The notes below the pieces were generated by a model, which saw only the letters and a list, made by a program, of their open reading frames with translations, was not told the DNA's origin and did no database searches. The translations under genes were made by a program, and so were the position numbers. A DNA stretch of 64,000 nucleotides from a virus: positions 7,024 to 71,023 of IMG/VR virus record IMGVR_UViG_3300008107_000253. One strand, 5' to 3'. Below are positions 1 to 9,932 of the stretch, in pieces; position 1 is the stretch's first letter, and each line of letters starts with the position of its first letter.

Positions 1-496
1 TTGAAGCATCAAAATTTGGGTCTGCAATTACTGAATATATTTTACCTGATGTTTGATCTTCAAAGAACAACAGCATTTCATTTTCGTTTTTATATTTGGT
101 TTTAATGAGCCTCATAGTACCAAATACACTGGATGTTGGAATTAAGGTAATAGGACCGACTGTTACATTATACGCAGTCGGTGAAAATGTTTTTACACTA
201 TATGCCGAAATTTTGACACTAAATGTCTTCTCATTGTGAATGCTTGGTCGTGTATATGTTTTGGTAATATTATAATTTCGAACATTACCAATATCAGCAG
301 AAAAGGGTAAAGATGATACAGACGACGCAGGTGCTGATGATGCGAACCAAAAAACTGTCTTATTGGTACCATCGCCAAAATCAAAATATACCTTTGCCAA
401 ATCCCCAGGTGGAAGTGTAGACATTAAGAAGGTAACAGTGATTGGAGATGCGCCACTAATTGAGGAAATGCTTGTCAAATTGACATTTGCTGTCAT
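1..496 (-). CDS. Partial (runs off window) putative virion protein with PKD/Ig-like motif
   Basis: Manually translated frame from ATG at 496 (MTANVNLTSISSISGASPITVTF...YFDFGDGTNK...) is open to position 1. DFGDG is a PKD-type motif. A CATAAATA box lies 5 nt upstream. Not in the ORF track. Confidence 0.6.
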   Translation of the reverse strand, partial: MTANVNLTSISSISGASPITVTFLMSTLPPGDLAKVYFDFGDGTNKTVFWFASSAPASSVSSLPFSADIGNVRNYNITKTYTRPSIHNEKTFSVKISAYSVKTFSPTAYNVTVGPITLIPTSSVFGTMRLIKTKYKNENEMLLFFEDQTSGKIYSVIADPNFDAS

Positions 497-501
497 ACAA
501 A

Positions 502-509
502 TATTTATG
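502..509 (-). promoter_or_regulatory. T4-late-like promoter box (CATAAATA)
   Basis: 7/8 match to the T4 late consensus TATAAATA, 5 nt before the ATG at 496. Confidence 0.55.
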
Positions 510-537
510 TTGCATTCAACAAAACCAGCATTATATT
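510..537 (+). promoter_or_regulatory. sigma70-like promoter TTGCAT-N16-TATATT
   Basis: -35/-10-like hexamers; -10 ends 5 nt before the ATG at 543. Confidence 0.45.
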
Positions 538-542
538 AATGA

Positions 543-1166
543 ATGTCATATCTAATTTTAGGAATTACAGGTAAGGCGACTGCAGGCAAAGACACATTTT
601 ATAACCTTCTAACGAAACAATTGCCTGAATATAACCTTTGTCGTGTTTCCATTGGCGATACAATTCGGCAAAATTTAAGCATGTTGCCTATTTTTTCACA
701 TGTAAATTTGTTTAATCTGCCTCCATTTGAAAAAGAAACAATTCGTCCTCTTATGGTGGAATATGCAAGATTGGTCCGCTTGATGCATGGTAGCAGATTT
801 TTCTTAGATGAATTTGATACTAGAATTAATTATACACTTTCAAAAAGCAAAAATAACCCTAATCCAGACAAACCTCTAATTATTTGTGTAACTGATATTC
901 GCTTTGATGATTATGAAGGAGATGAAGCAGATTGGATTCAAAAGAAACATAAAGGCAAACTAATTTTCATTGATCGCCATAATGTTGTGTATGGAAATAA
1001 ACAATATCTGCCTTATGTAAATGATACCGAAAAAGGTCAAATTCCTAAACTTCGTGCAAGGGCAGATCAGATTGTTGATTGGCCAACCACTCCTTCTCTA
1101 AATAATCTCGAAACATATGTCAACCCAATCGCAGATAGAATCCGTCAAAACTGGTTCCCTGTATAA
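543..1166 (+). CDS. Deoxynucleoside monophosphate kinase (T4 gp1-like)
   Basis: N-terminal P-loop ILGITGKATAGKDT and the xxTDIRF motif of phage dNMP kinases. Confidence 0.75.
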   Translation: MSYLILGITGKATAGKDTFYNLLTKQLPEYNLCRVSIGDTIRQNLSMLPIFSHVNLFNLPPFEKETIRPLMVEYARLVRLMHGSRFFLDEFDTRINYTLSKSKNNPNPDKPLIICVTDIRFDDYEGDEADWIQKKHKGKLIFIDRHNVVYGNKQYLPYVNDTEKGQIPKLRARADQIVDWPTTPSLNNLETYVNPIADRIRQNWFPV

Positions 1167-1461
1167 AGCCCTTCGCGTAGAACAATTTTTTACCATCATT
1201 GATCAATCTGAGCTGACTCTAACTTTGTATGTAACAAGGACAAATAACAAAATCACAATTTCTAAAAAAGAATTCTTGCACAAATTACAACAACAAGAGA
1301 TATTGTATGTAGATCAAATCTCAGATGACGAAATTAAAAAGCTTCGCCACATTTGTGATACATCACATCAATTAAAAAAATCTTATGACGATTATCATCG
1401 ACGGAAACAATCTATTATTTCGGGCGAGCTTCTCAGTTCCGGAATACAAGAACAGCAATGA
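1117..1461 (+). CDS. Hypothetical protein
   Basis: 114-aa ORF co-oriented between the kinase and the exonuclease. Confidence 0.5.
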   Translation: MSTQSQIESVKTGSLYKALRVEQFFTIIDQSELTLTLYVTRTNNKITISKKEFLHKLQQQEILYVDQISDDEIKKLRHICDTSHQLKKSYDDYHRRKQSIISGELLSSGIQEQQ

Positions 1462-2281
1462 CATTAATATTGCCGCAATTAATCAAACGCTAAAATTGAT
1501 CCGTTCATATGCTGTCGGTCATGATGCAACAAAGGTGTTAGTGACTTGGGATCAAAAAATTGATTATGATCCAGAACGACCATCATTCCGCAAAGAATTA
1601 AATGAAGATTATAAACAAAACAGAAATAAGGATAATAATGTATACAATACAGTTCCTTATATTATCGATCTTCTCAAGTACATGGGCGTGCCTTCGTACT
1701 ATCCATACCGAATGGAGGCTGATGATGTTATTTCTTGGCTTGTTCAAAAAGAACAAGGGTACATAATTGTCATTTCAGGAGACAAAGATTTGTTACAGCT
1801 GATCAATCATCGAGTCAGTGCATATAATCCATATCAGAAAAAGTTATACACACAAGATAATTTTCTTGATGAGATTGGCATTTGCAAAGAACAATTTGTT
1901 CTGTACAAATGCATTATGGGCGATAATTCTGATAATATCAAAGGATTATACAAATACGGCGAAAAGAAAGCAAAGAAATTGGCTAATGAATTAAAGACAT
2001 TTGATAATCTTGATTCATTAACAGATGAACAAAAGGAAATAATTCAGAATAACCGCAAGATCATGGATTTGAATCTTGGATGGCCAGTCGACCCAGAAGA
2101 ATTGAATTCGTATGAATCACAGCATATTTGTAATGCAAGCATCAAAACCAATGCGGTGAAATTTACCGAACTGTTGGCTAAATTAGAAATGACCACACTA
2201 TTGGCTAAAATTGATGCACATACTTGGCTGCAGCCATTTATGCCACGCATTGATGATGCTATTAGTAAATGGTTTGAATAA
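1385..2281 (+). CDS. rnh: 5'-3' exonuclease / T4 RNase H (FEN-like)
   Basis: IIDGNNL, FRKE...YKQNR, EADD, SGDKDLLQL and GDNSDNIKG motifs. Confidence 0.92.
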   Translation: MTIIIDGNNLLFRASFSVPEYKNSNDINIAAINQTLKLIRSYAVGHDATKVLVTWDQKIDYDPERPSFRKELNEDYKQNRNKDNNVYNTVPYIIDLLKYMGVPSYYPYRMEADDVISWLVQKEQGYIIVISGDKDLLQLINHRVSAYNPYQKKLYTQDNFLDEIGICKEQFVLYKCIMGDNSDNIKGLYKYGEKKAKKLANELKTFDNLDSLTDEQKEIIQNNRKIMDLNLGWPVDPEELNSYESQHICNASIKTNAVKFTELLAKLEMTTLLAKIDAHTWLQPFMPRIDDAISKWFE

Positions 2282-2282
2282 T

Positions 2283-2474
2283 ATGGAACTACGTTTTTAT
2301 CCAATCAATAGCAACAATTTATATGCATTGAATTTGAAATTGCATGTTACTGAACTTTTAGCATTGCATTATGATTCTAAGAAAGCATTCGAAGATCAAT
2401 TGTTAGAACTTATCAAAGAAGCTACTTTAAATGTTGCTGAAGAATTAAAAGATCAAAAATTAGCAAATGATTAA
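2283..2474 (+). CDS. Small hypothetical protein
   Basis: ATG at 2283 directly after the rnh stop; overlaps the next start. Confidence 0.5.
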   Translation: MELRFYPINSNNLYALNLKLHVTELLALHYDSKKAFEDQLLELIKEATLNVAEELKDQKLAND

Positions 2475-2865
2475 AGAAATTTTCAAAGCGTTGTCGATGC
2501 TCATTATTGTATCAATGAGCATTTCTGGTGTTGTATCTTTATTTTTGAATTGGGATTTAATCCGATTTGGAATTGGATCTGTAATTGCTATTGTATTGCA
2601 AATTGCGATTAAATGGTACGTCGATCAAATTAAACAGACAAAGGTAGAAGAGCTCATCAAAGAAATACCACCAGCCACTATCAAAATGAATATTGAATGT
2701 GCGTTTTGTCAAAAACCAAGTATCATTGATTATGATGTTTATCGTGAAGAGTATGAATGCGAACATTGTAACAACGTCAATTCAATTTATGGCAAATTTT
2801 ATACCGCGAGGAAAGTCTTACCTCTTGATTCTGTTTTAACTTCAGACAACTCTTCACTCATATGA
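2467..2865 (+). CDS. Membrane protein with C-terminal zinc ribbon
   Basis: Two N-terminal hydrophobic stretches; CAFC...CEHC. Confidence 0.6.
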   Translation: MIKEIFKALSMLIIVSMSISGVVSLFLNWDLIRFGIGSVIAIVLQIAIKWYVDQIKQTKVEELIKEIPPATIKMNIECAFCQKPSIIDYDVYREEYECEHCNNVNSIYGKFYTARKVLPLDSVLTSDNSSLI

Positions 2866-3206
2866 ATACCGTACCACCAAGATATAACGAAATGCTTGAA
2901 GCACATCGAATTTTCAAGACTCCGATTATTGATGACCCACCTCATATCAAAGCTAAGAAGTTTCTCGAAAATCATTTCATTAAAGATAACACTAAAGATT
3001 TTCGTGCAGGTGAATTTCTCGGCAAGAATGCTCTCGATGAAATCGATCTAAGAGCTTCGATTGTAGGATTGCTCGATTATCTATTTTCCAAAAACGCACC
3101 AGCTGTTCGCGAAATAGAAAAGACTATCTACAACGAAACATCAAATGAAGAAATGAAAGTTTTTATGTCAACCCTTGCTGGGTTTATTTCAGGATCAATC
3201 AAATAA
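2862..3206 (+). CDS. Hypothetical protein
   Basis: ATGA-coupled 114-aa ORF. Confidence 0.6.
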   Translation: MNTVPPRYNEMLEAHRIFKTPIIDDPPHIKAKKFLENHFIKDNTKDFRAGEFLGKNALDEIDLRASIVGLLDYLFSKNAPAVREIEKTIYNETSNEEMKVFMSTLAGFISGSIK

Positions 3207-3218
3207 CAAGATACAAAC

Positions 3219-3497
3219 ATGAGCAAAAAAATCCCAAAGTATAAAAGACCAAAACCTAACAAATACGAAGATAGTGATGTTTACGTATGTGCAAGATGGC
3301 TTGCATTGATTCGAGCAACTAATTGTATTTTTGATCGAGCTGATCGATTGGGTATTAATGAAGATAGTGTCGATCTGTCGCCAAATGATATTCAGGATTA
3401 CATTGATGATGTGTCTGGTGATATCTATTTTGATATTGTCAATGCCAATGGTGCTACTGATATGAGAAAATATGCCGAGAAGCTTAAATTTAAATGA
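3219..3497 (+). CDS. Hypothetical protein
   Basis: 92-aa ORF in operon context. Confidence 0.6.
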   Translation: MSKKIPKYKRPKPNKYEDSDVYVCARWLALIRATNCIFDRADRLGINEDSVDLSPNDIQDYIDDVSGDIYFDIVNANGATDMRKYAEKLKFK

Positions 3498-3745
3498 ACT
3501 ATATCCCGGGTGCTGAATTTGATGTACCTAATGACCGCTTTGTGAGTCTTGGTTTAATTGCTGGTCGATATCGCATTCAGAATATCAGATTCAATCGTCA
3601 AGCGAACCAGATAACATATACGTTTACTAACGGCAAACAAGCTGTTTTTAATTCAGTGCAAGACGCTGAAGCTATCTTTGATAGAATAAGAGGCGTGGTT
3701 CGATCAACCACGCCTCTTGACACAGAAACAACTTTAGAAGAATAA
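3494..3745 (+). CDS. Hypothetical protein
   Basis: 83-aa ORF overlapping the previous stop. Confidence 0.55.
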   Translation: MNYIPGAEFDVPNDRFVSLGLIAGRYRIQNIRFNRQANQITYTFTNGKQAVFNSVQDAEAIFDRIRGVVRSTTPLDTETTLEE

Positions 3746-4384
3746 TTAGCAGGCATTTCCTGCACCGATAGCAGGAGCAAAAATCTGAGGCGAAGTAACA
3801 TCTGTAATGACCTGTCCTCCAGGAATTTTACCGTTATTGACACGGAAATATTGGTATGCAAGGGTTCCAGTGAATGTCATAATTTTACCATCTGAAGTTA
3901 AATCAAAGCTGATTGGCCCAAACGACACAGGCCAAACACCAATTAAATCGTAATATCGAATGGCTTCACCTTTAATATTTAAAAGAGCCATTGTTAATAT
4001 ATTTGTATTTGTAGGAACTCCATAGCATCCTGTCGATGTAGCATCATCGAAGACATCAAAGCTCATTGATTCAAAAGCATTACGTATTGAAAGATCTCCT
4101 GGCAATTTAAAAGTTACATCCCACCCTTCACTTCCAGGATATGTCGCAGTTCCAGGAATATTAAATTGCAGCCCCATAAATGAAGCATTTTGGACAGAAA
4201 TGGTTCGAGATGGGACAGATGCGCTTTCAACATACGCATTAGAAATAGGACCATCAAAAGATAGCTCGTTTCGTAGCTTTGTCAAAATACCATCTCCCGT
4301 AATATCGATAATACGGAAAAGATTATCTCTTTGAAATCCTCGCTTTTGAATAGCGTTATAATAGTCTTGGATGCCTTGTGCCAT
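3746..4384 (-). CDS. Tail tube protein (T4 gp19-like)
   Basis: FQRDNLFRI...SASVPSRTI...FMGLQFNIPG...YDLIGVWPVSFGPI...F-x-x-TLAYQYF pattern; downstream of the sheath gene. Confidence 0.8.
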   Translation of the reverse strand: MAQGIQDYYNAIQKRGFQRDNLFRIIDITGDGILTKLRNELSFDGPISNAYVESASVPSRTISVQNASFMGLQFNIPGTATYPGSEGWDVTFKLPGDLSIRNAFESMSFDVFDDATSTGCYGVPTNTNILTMALLNIKGEAIRYYDLIGVWPVSFGPISFDLTSDGKIMTFTGTLAYQYFRVNNGKIPGGQVITDVTSPQIFAPAIGAGNAC

Positions 4385-4399
4385 AAAAATACTTAGGTT

Positions 4400-4750
4400 T
4401 TAACCTTGATTTTCTTTCAAAAAGGCATACATATCTTCCAGGATTTCATCTACGTTTTCAAATGCTTCCATTCTATTTGTTTGGAAATAGCTTTCTAAGA
4501 ATGTAATCATTGATGTCGATGTTCCTTTAGATATGTGCTTTTCTTTCAGCGTTTGTCTGTTATTTGATTTATTGGTGTTTGTTTGGTTGTTTTTAACATG
4601 GAATCTTTCCGGCAAATATGTATTAATAACAGTTTGCCTTTCGCTGAGTTTTTGTTCGCTTGTTAGTCTAGTATTCTCAAGCGGATCTAATTGAATCGAT
4701 GGCTTTCCGAATACTTTCGCGCCGTAGATATTATCTAATTGATCTTTCAT
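4400..4750 (-). CDS. Hypothetical protein (late-promoter-like box upstream)
   Basis: 116-aa ORF; CATAAATA upstream. Confidence 0.6.
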   Translation of the reverse strand: MKDQLDNIYGAKVFGKPSIQLDPLENTRLTSEQKLSERQTVINTYLPERFHVKNNQTNTNKSNNRQTLKEKHISKGTSTSMITFLESYFQTNRMEAFENVDEILEDMYAFLKENQG

Positions 4751-4779
4751 AGTTGTTGTAGATATTTATGAATTTGAGC

Positions 4780-4814
4780 AAAATAAAAGCCAGCTTTTGG
4801 CTGGCTTTTATTTT
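4780..4814. terminator. Intrinsic terminator downstream of the tail sheath gene
   Basis: Perfect inverted repeat AAAATAAAAGCCAGC-ttttg-GCTGGCTTTTATTTT with A/T-rich outer arms. Confidence 0.8.
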
Positions 4815-4826
4815 TTTGGATTGTGA

Positions 4827-7148
4827 TTAAATCACTTCAGCGAAGTCTTGGCCTGTTCTGGTTGCAATGAAATTCACGAGAATAAATTCACTTGCTTTGA
4901 CTGGTTTTAGATAGATGTCAATAACCAGCTCATTGCGATCAATCACATCAGGTGTGTTGTTGCGATGATCACACACGATTAAATAATCATACAAGCCTTC
5001 ATTTCTCTTAGCATTTTCAAAGAGAGGTGTAAGAACATTAACAACCTGAGTACGTGTAAAGATTGTATTTGGTTCAAACACGAAGTACTTCAGTACTCTC
5101 GCTGTTGGTTTTTCAAGAGCTAAGAAGAGACGGCGAACGTTAATACGATCAAATGCACTTGGCTTTTTGAACATCGTCTTTTGACCCCAGATAACATATC
5201 CATCATTCGGGAAGAGACATACTGGATTCATGCCAATACGATATAGTAAATCTCTTTCCTTTTGATTTGGATTAATGGCGATATCAACAACGTTGCGAAC
5301 TAAACCTCTTGTAAGACCAGCAGGGGCGATCCAAGGGAAACGATCTCTATCAGTTTCTGCGAATGCTCTTGCAGCCCATCCAGAGAATGGAATCCAGCAA
5401 TAATTATCAGAAGAACTATCATAGACTCTTACCCAGTTAGCATATGCTGCTGCATAAGATGTATTAGCACCGACATAAAGATTGCGTAGCGGCCAATATA
5501 CTTGTTTGGAGAATGGATTATTAACACGATCACATTTTGATGTAAACACTCTGTAATCAATACCATCTACAAATAATTGACGAAGTGGATCCGAAACATG
5601 AATATGGTCGCGACGTGTCGATTCTGCAAAGTTTGCAAATTTGTTGAAGATGGTTTGGTGATCGGCACCCATGCCAGCAGCCGATCCTGTATAGCTACCA
5701 TCAGTGGAGCTTAGTGATGAAAATGCATTTGTAAATGTTGTATCATCAAAAATACCACCAAGCGAAGCCGATGTAACTTTCGTAGTAGCCCAAATTGTAC
5801 TCAAGCCGCCATCGACTGTAACATCAATAGGAATTAGGTCTGGATTTGAAACGCACGCAAAAATGCGGTCAAGTTTGGTAGGAATATTACCAATTACTTT
5901 ATTGCTTTCTGGTGTTGTTGCGTATGTGCTAATAGCGTATAGGCTTCTCGATTCAGCGAAAGGTGCCGCAGAAAGCAAATTATTCGCGGCTGTGGTAGCT
6001 ACGATAAATGATGTTGGTGTACCTACTCCTGTTGTTTTCCACGTGCGTACTTTCTTAGCAGGATTTCCGCTTGCATCAAGCCAATTGGTTGATCTTGAAA
6101 TAAATGGATTAACCAATACTTTCAAATTAGCAGAATTATTATTGACAACATCACCAATAAAGAATGACTTTGGTGGGCCCCCTAAAGGATCTGCAACTCG
6201 GCGCGAAGCATCGAGTGAACCTACATATGATTCTACCAGTACTTTGTCAAGAATATTTGTACCAGATCCGGCATAAATCGATTTACGTACTTTAAACAAG
6301 CCAATTGCAATTGCGTCATTGTAACTTGTTAAGTCAAATGTAAAGTTCGGAATTGATTCTAGAATCTCAGAAACAGAACCAGGCAATCCTGTGAATGATG
6401 CACTAAGTGCAAATGCAAGGCGTGTGGAATTAATGGTACTGAACGCAGTCGCGCTGCTGACTGATTTTACATTGATTACATCTGTATAATCTGTCGCAGG
6501 ATTTGATGCTGCGTTGTCGATAACGCCAAGATAATAGCCTTCTTGGACATTATTTGTCATTGATCTTGATGTGTCAACCACAATCATACCAGCCTGTCCT
6601 AGATTATTAACATTTGTTAAATTATTGTATACAGAGCTAAGTGTGGTTGCTGAAATAGAAGCAGACCAACTAATATTATTGTTGATAATATCAAGATATT
6701 GATCATTTGTTAATTCAATGTGAACAGGTTCTGCTAAAACATATGTATCACCTGCAGAAAGTGTAATTACAGTACTTGCTGCAATATTGGCTGCGTTGTT
6801 GCTCGTAACAGAACTCGTGGATGCGATAATAGGATAAACTAAAGCGCCATATTTTTCACCATAACTGCTACCAGCACCATCTCCGTATGGAATTCTTGTA
6901 GCAATAAGATTTGCACCGGAATTTAGATATTCACGGCATGTGTGATAAAAATATCTTTCAGCTGCGTTTGTAGGTTCGCCATAAACTGATTCAAATTCTG
7001 AAAAGCTGCTAATAGTAATAGGTTCTTCAGTTGGACCTTGGTTTGCATATCCAAGCACCCATGTATTTGTACCAACTGTCGGTTCAATACGTAGGGTTAA
7101 GTCGCGTTCTCTGATTTCTACTCCTGGTGATTCGATTGTACGTGCCAT
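4827..7148 (-). CDS. Tail sheath protein (T4 gp18-like)
   Basis: N-terminal SPGVEIRERDLT; C-terminal PWIAPAGLTRG, IWGQKT, FDRINVRRL, FVFEPN, IYLKPVKASEFI. Confidence 0.95.
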   Translation of the reverse strand: MARTIESPGVEIRERDLTLRIEPTVGTNTWVLGYANQGPTEEPITISSFSEFESVYGEPTNAAERYFYHTCREYLNSGANLIATRIPYGDGAGSSYGEKYGALVYPIIASTSSVTSNNAANIAASTVITLSAGDTYVLAEPVHIELTNDQYLDIINNNISWSASISATTLSSVYNNLTNVNNLGQAGMIVVDTSRSMTNNVQEGYYLGVIDNAASNPATDYTDVINVKSVSSATAFSTINSTRLAFALSASFTGLPGSVSEILESIPNFTFDLTSYNDAIAIGLFKVRKSIYAGSGTNILDKVLVESYVGSLDASRRVADPLGGPPKSFFIGDVVNNNSANLKVLVNPFISRSTNWLDASGNPAKKVRTWKTTGVGTPTSFIVATTAANNLLSAAPFAESRSLYAISTYATTPESNKVIGNIPTKLDRIFACVSNPDLIPIDVTVDGGLSTIWATTKVTSASLGGIFDDTTFTNAFSSLSSTDGSYTGSAAGMGADHQTIFNKFANFAESTRRDHIHVSDPLRQLFVDGIDYRVFTSKCDRVNNPFSKQVYWPLRNLYVGANTSYAAAYANWVRVYDSSSDNYCWIPFSGWAARAFAETDRDRFPWIAPAGLTRGLVRNVVDIAINPNQKERDLLYRIGMNPVCLFPNDGYVIWGQKTMFKKPSAFDRINVRRLFLALEKPTARVLKYFVFEPNTIFTRTQVVNVLTPLFENAKRNEGLYDYLIVCDHRNNTPDVIDRNELVIDIYLKPVKASEFILVNFIATRTGQDFAEVI

Positions 7149-7190
7149 AATTACAATCTACTTACATTTTTCTTATCGGGGGTTTTTAAA

Positions 7191-7823
7191 TTAGTCGCAA
7201 TTTTGTGTAGAATTGTCTACAACAGGATCATTTACAGTATCAAAAGAAGTATCGCATATTAAGTCAGCATAAAACTGAGAATACATAAAGCTGAAGCTGC
7301 AAGTAACTAATCCATCACTTTGGTATGACCATTCAACACCACCAAGAAATGTAGGGAATGCATTTGTGTATACAAATTTAATTGTCTGTGCTTTTTGATA
7401 CTCATCTAATGCATATATTGTAAGATTTGTCTGGTATCCTATTCCAGGCATTCCTCTAACTATCTGTCCTACATTTTTAGCATCATATATGCCATGCTGA
7501 TCGTCGGATATAAAATCAAGCCATTTATAAATAAACCAATAATTATTAAATTCATTGTCAATTATAAATTTTACGGTTATAGGTTCTGGCGCAGATTTAC
7601 TGTGCTGAGAAATTGCAAATGATTGCCCACCAAATCTATCGACTTGATAATTGACATTAATGCTTGGTATTATAGATCCATTGATCGTATATTGCATTGA
7701 ATTGACATTAAGCAATTTTTGCTCTCTGGCATTTTTTGTTTTTAAATGTCTTAATGCTGGTGGTGCATCAATAACCAGTAAAAATCTATCTACTGTTTGT
7801 TTATTTAATGGACTAGAAATCAT
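7191..7823 (-). CDS. Tail-tube-fold protein (gp3 tail completion / gp54-like)
   Basis: ITVKFIIDNEFNNYWFIYKW and FVYTNAFPTFLGGV...FSFMY tube-family motifs; likely start is the ATG at 7823. Confidence 0.65.
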   Translation of the reverse strand: MISSPLNKQTVDRFLLVIDAPPALRHLKTKNAREQKLLNVNSMQYTINGSIIPSINVNYQVDRFGGQSFAISQHSKSAPEPITVKFIIDNEFNNYWFIYKWLDFISDDQHGIYDAKNVGQIVRGMPGIGYQTNLTIYALDEYQKAQTIKFVYTNAFPTFLGGVEWSYQSDGLVTCSFSFMYSQFYADLICDTSFDTVNDPVVDNSTQNCD

Positions 7824-9498
7824 ATAGATATTTATAATCCTCTTCTGTAAACGAATCTGCTGTATTGAAGTAAACAGGCGACGCATTATAGTATACAGGA
7901 TCTATACTTTGCCTTAGTTCACTTAATTGCATTGATTCATAGAACATATTTGGGTCTGTTAATTTAGAAACCTTACCATTACGATCTCTATCATATACAT
8001 CAAAGTATTTTTCTGCAATGCCGTTCTCAATAGAGAAAAGAGCCCATATCATTGCCATTACTCTATCATCCCAAATATTTTTACCGTTGATCTTTTTCCA
8101 AATGCCGTTTGAATGTTTTACAAAGGTTCGCATTTCTTCGATTAAACTACCACTTCGAATATCTACACATTTCAGCATATGCACCCAATAGCGCATATTT
8201 AAAACAGCATCATGTCTTACATTTGTATGGCTAAAAATTCCTCTTCTGGTGAAGTCTGCTTGTTTTGAAGGCAAATAATCTATTAATCTAGTATAATGAT
8301 AATTTGAAACTAAAGTATCGACAACGGTGCCGCCCATATTATTTCTTTCAATACCAATTATTGGCATGCCCCATTGCAATGCCATTTGATATAATTTTCT
8401 TGTAAAGGTAAGAGGTTCGGCTGTTCTATTATGATATTCGGCTACTTGTTTGATCATTCCTAAATCAGTAATATCAAATACCTCAACAACAGAAGCGGCT
8501 TCGCCAATACCATCGGAAACGTCTACACCCATTACATATACTTTACTTTTATCCGGGAAATCATATATTTTATAATGCTCATCATCAAGCTCCATAATAG
8601 GATCTTGAACCTTGGATCTCAATTCTTCTATAAATTCTTCATCAACAGAACCACCCCCAGTACTAATAAATTTGTTATCATATTCTTGCGCAAATGCTTC
8701 CTCATCACCGTTTAAACTAGCAAGCATTGCTTCTTTCCATTTTTTACCACGACCAGGAACATCAGTCCCATGAATAGATTCTGCATGCCATTGATCATCT
8801 GTACTTTCCGGATCTACTGATGTCGCTTTTTTATAAATCTCATAAAACATATTATCAGTGCCATTTGCAGTACTGACTACAAAAATTTGCGATGTTTTGG
8901 ATGAAGAAATCGTAGCAGATATCGACTTCCAGAATTGCGACATAATATTCGGAGCAATAAATGCCATTTCATCGACGATGATTAAATTAGCAGCTTTACC
9001 ACGACCTGTATTCACCGATGTTGTTTCAACGGATAGATAAGAACCATTTTCAAGCTTCATTCCAGTTTCGCCCCATTTTTCAACACCAGGCTTAATCCAA
9101 TTTGGCAATTGTTCATACGCCAATTTTATACGACTAAAAATTTCAATAGCAGTATCTTCGCGGTTAGCAGCAATAACAATACGTTGATGTTTATTGAAAC
9201 AAGCTCTCCATAATGAGTAAACACACATTAGTGTACTTTTACCAACCTGACGAGATGCTAAAGTGATAACAAATCGGTGTTTACAAAGAGATTTGAGAAT
9301 TCTTTTTTGTGCAGGATACAACTCAATTTTTTTAATACCATCGTCTACATTGACAATAATAAAATAATTTTGCGCGAAATGAATGAGGTCTTTTTTACTA
9401 CGAGCAATCTCCTCGATCATCTCAGGAGTATAATCGTGTTTTGTCTCTGGCAATGGAAGATTCTCATTGTTCAGATAATGTGTTCTTTTTGAAATCAT
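7813..9498 (-). CDS. Terminase large subunit (T4 gp17-like)
   Basis: Walker A ASRQVGKST, Walker B IIVDEMAF, VSTANG, FAQEY, nuclease GVDVSDG and DDRVMA. Confidence 0.95.
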   Translation of the reverse strand: MISKRTHYLNNENLPLPETKHDYTPEMIEEIARSKKDLIHFAQNYFIIVNVDDGIKKIELYPAQKRILKSLCKHRFVITLASRQVGKSTLMCVYSLWRACFNKHQRIVIAANREDTAIEIFSRIKLAYEQLPNWIKPGVEKWGETGMKLENGSYLSVETTSVNTGRGKAANLIIVDEMAFIAPNIMSQFWKSISATISSSKTSQIFVVSTANGTDNMFYEIYKKATSVDPESTDDQWHAESIHGTDVPGRGKKWKEAMLASLNGDEEAFAQEYDNKFISTGGGSVDEEFIEELRSKVQDPIMELDDEHYKIYDFPDKSKVYVMGVDVSDGIGEAASVVEVFDITDLGMIKQVAEYHNRTAEPLTFTRKLYQMALQWGMPIIGIERNNMGGTVVDTLVSNYHYTRLIDYLPSKQADFTRRGIFSHTNVRHDAVLNMRYWVHMLKCVDIRSGSLIEEMRTFVKHSNGIWKKINGKNIWDDRVMAMIWALFSIENGIAEKYFDVYDRDRNGKVSKLTDPNMFYESMQLSELRQSIDPVYYNASPVYFNTADSFTEEDYKYLYDF

Positions 9499-9932
9499 GT
9501 TATATTTGGCGGTGCTAAAAGTTGAGTAACTCTTTGTGCTGTTAATATATTTCTTGCTACTAATATTTGCATGGCATTAACGACTCTAGGATCATCACTC
9601 CATACTTCGGATGGCCATACAGACAGCGCTACTAATAAATATTTAACCTCCGCCTCATTTCTCGATACAATAGATAATTGCTCTGCTTCTGTAAATTCTC
9701 CCCAAAAATGAGCAGTGGTTGGCCATACTTTACGATTGGGTGGTATTGGTTTTGCTATTAATTCCCAAACACCTTGACCCCATACACAATCGTGGATTTT
9801 TGGATCATATTGTGGTTTATCTGGTAATATAGCAAATCTTGTTGCTCTTGGATGATTATTGGCTACCCAAGTATTCCATGTACTCGCATTTACTTCATGC
9901 AGACTATAGTCGGTTGTGTTGTATATTGTCAT
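9495..9932 (-). CDS. Hypothetical protein, possible tail-fibre assembly chaperone
   Basis: Trp-rich 145-aa ORF downstream of the fibre and LamG genes. Confidence 0.4.
   Translation of the reverse strand: MTIYNTTDYSLHEVNASTWNTWVANNHPRATRFAILPDKPQYDPKIHDCVWGQGVWELIAKPIPPNRKVWPTTAHFWGEFTEAEQLSIVSRNEAEVKYLLVALSVWPSEVWSDDPRVVNAMQILVARNILTAQRVTQLLAPPNIT

Noticed and set aside
193-384. 63-aa minus-strand ORF from the track
   Set aside because: It is out of frame with the longer open frame from 496 to the window edge, which has a PKD-like motif and a promoter box
5704-6276. 190-aa plus-strand ORF (and similar ones at 10053, 10758, 18638, 24465, 47565, 61741, 63467)
   Set aside because: These are antisense or alternate-frame shadows of well-supported genes, with no recognisable motifs
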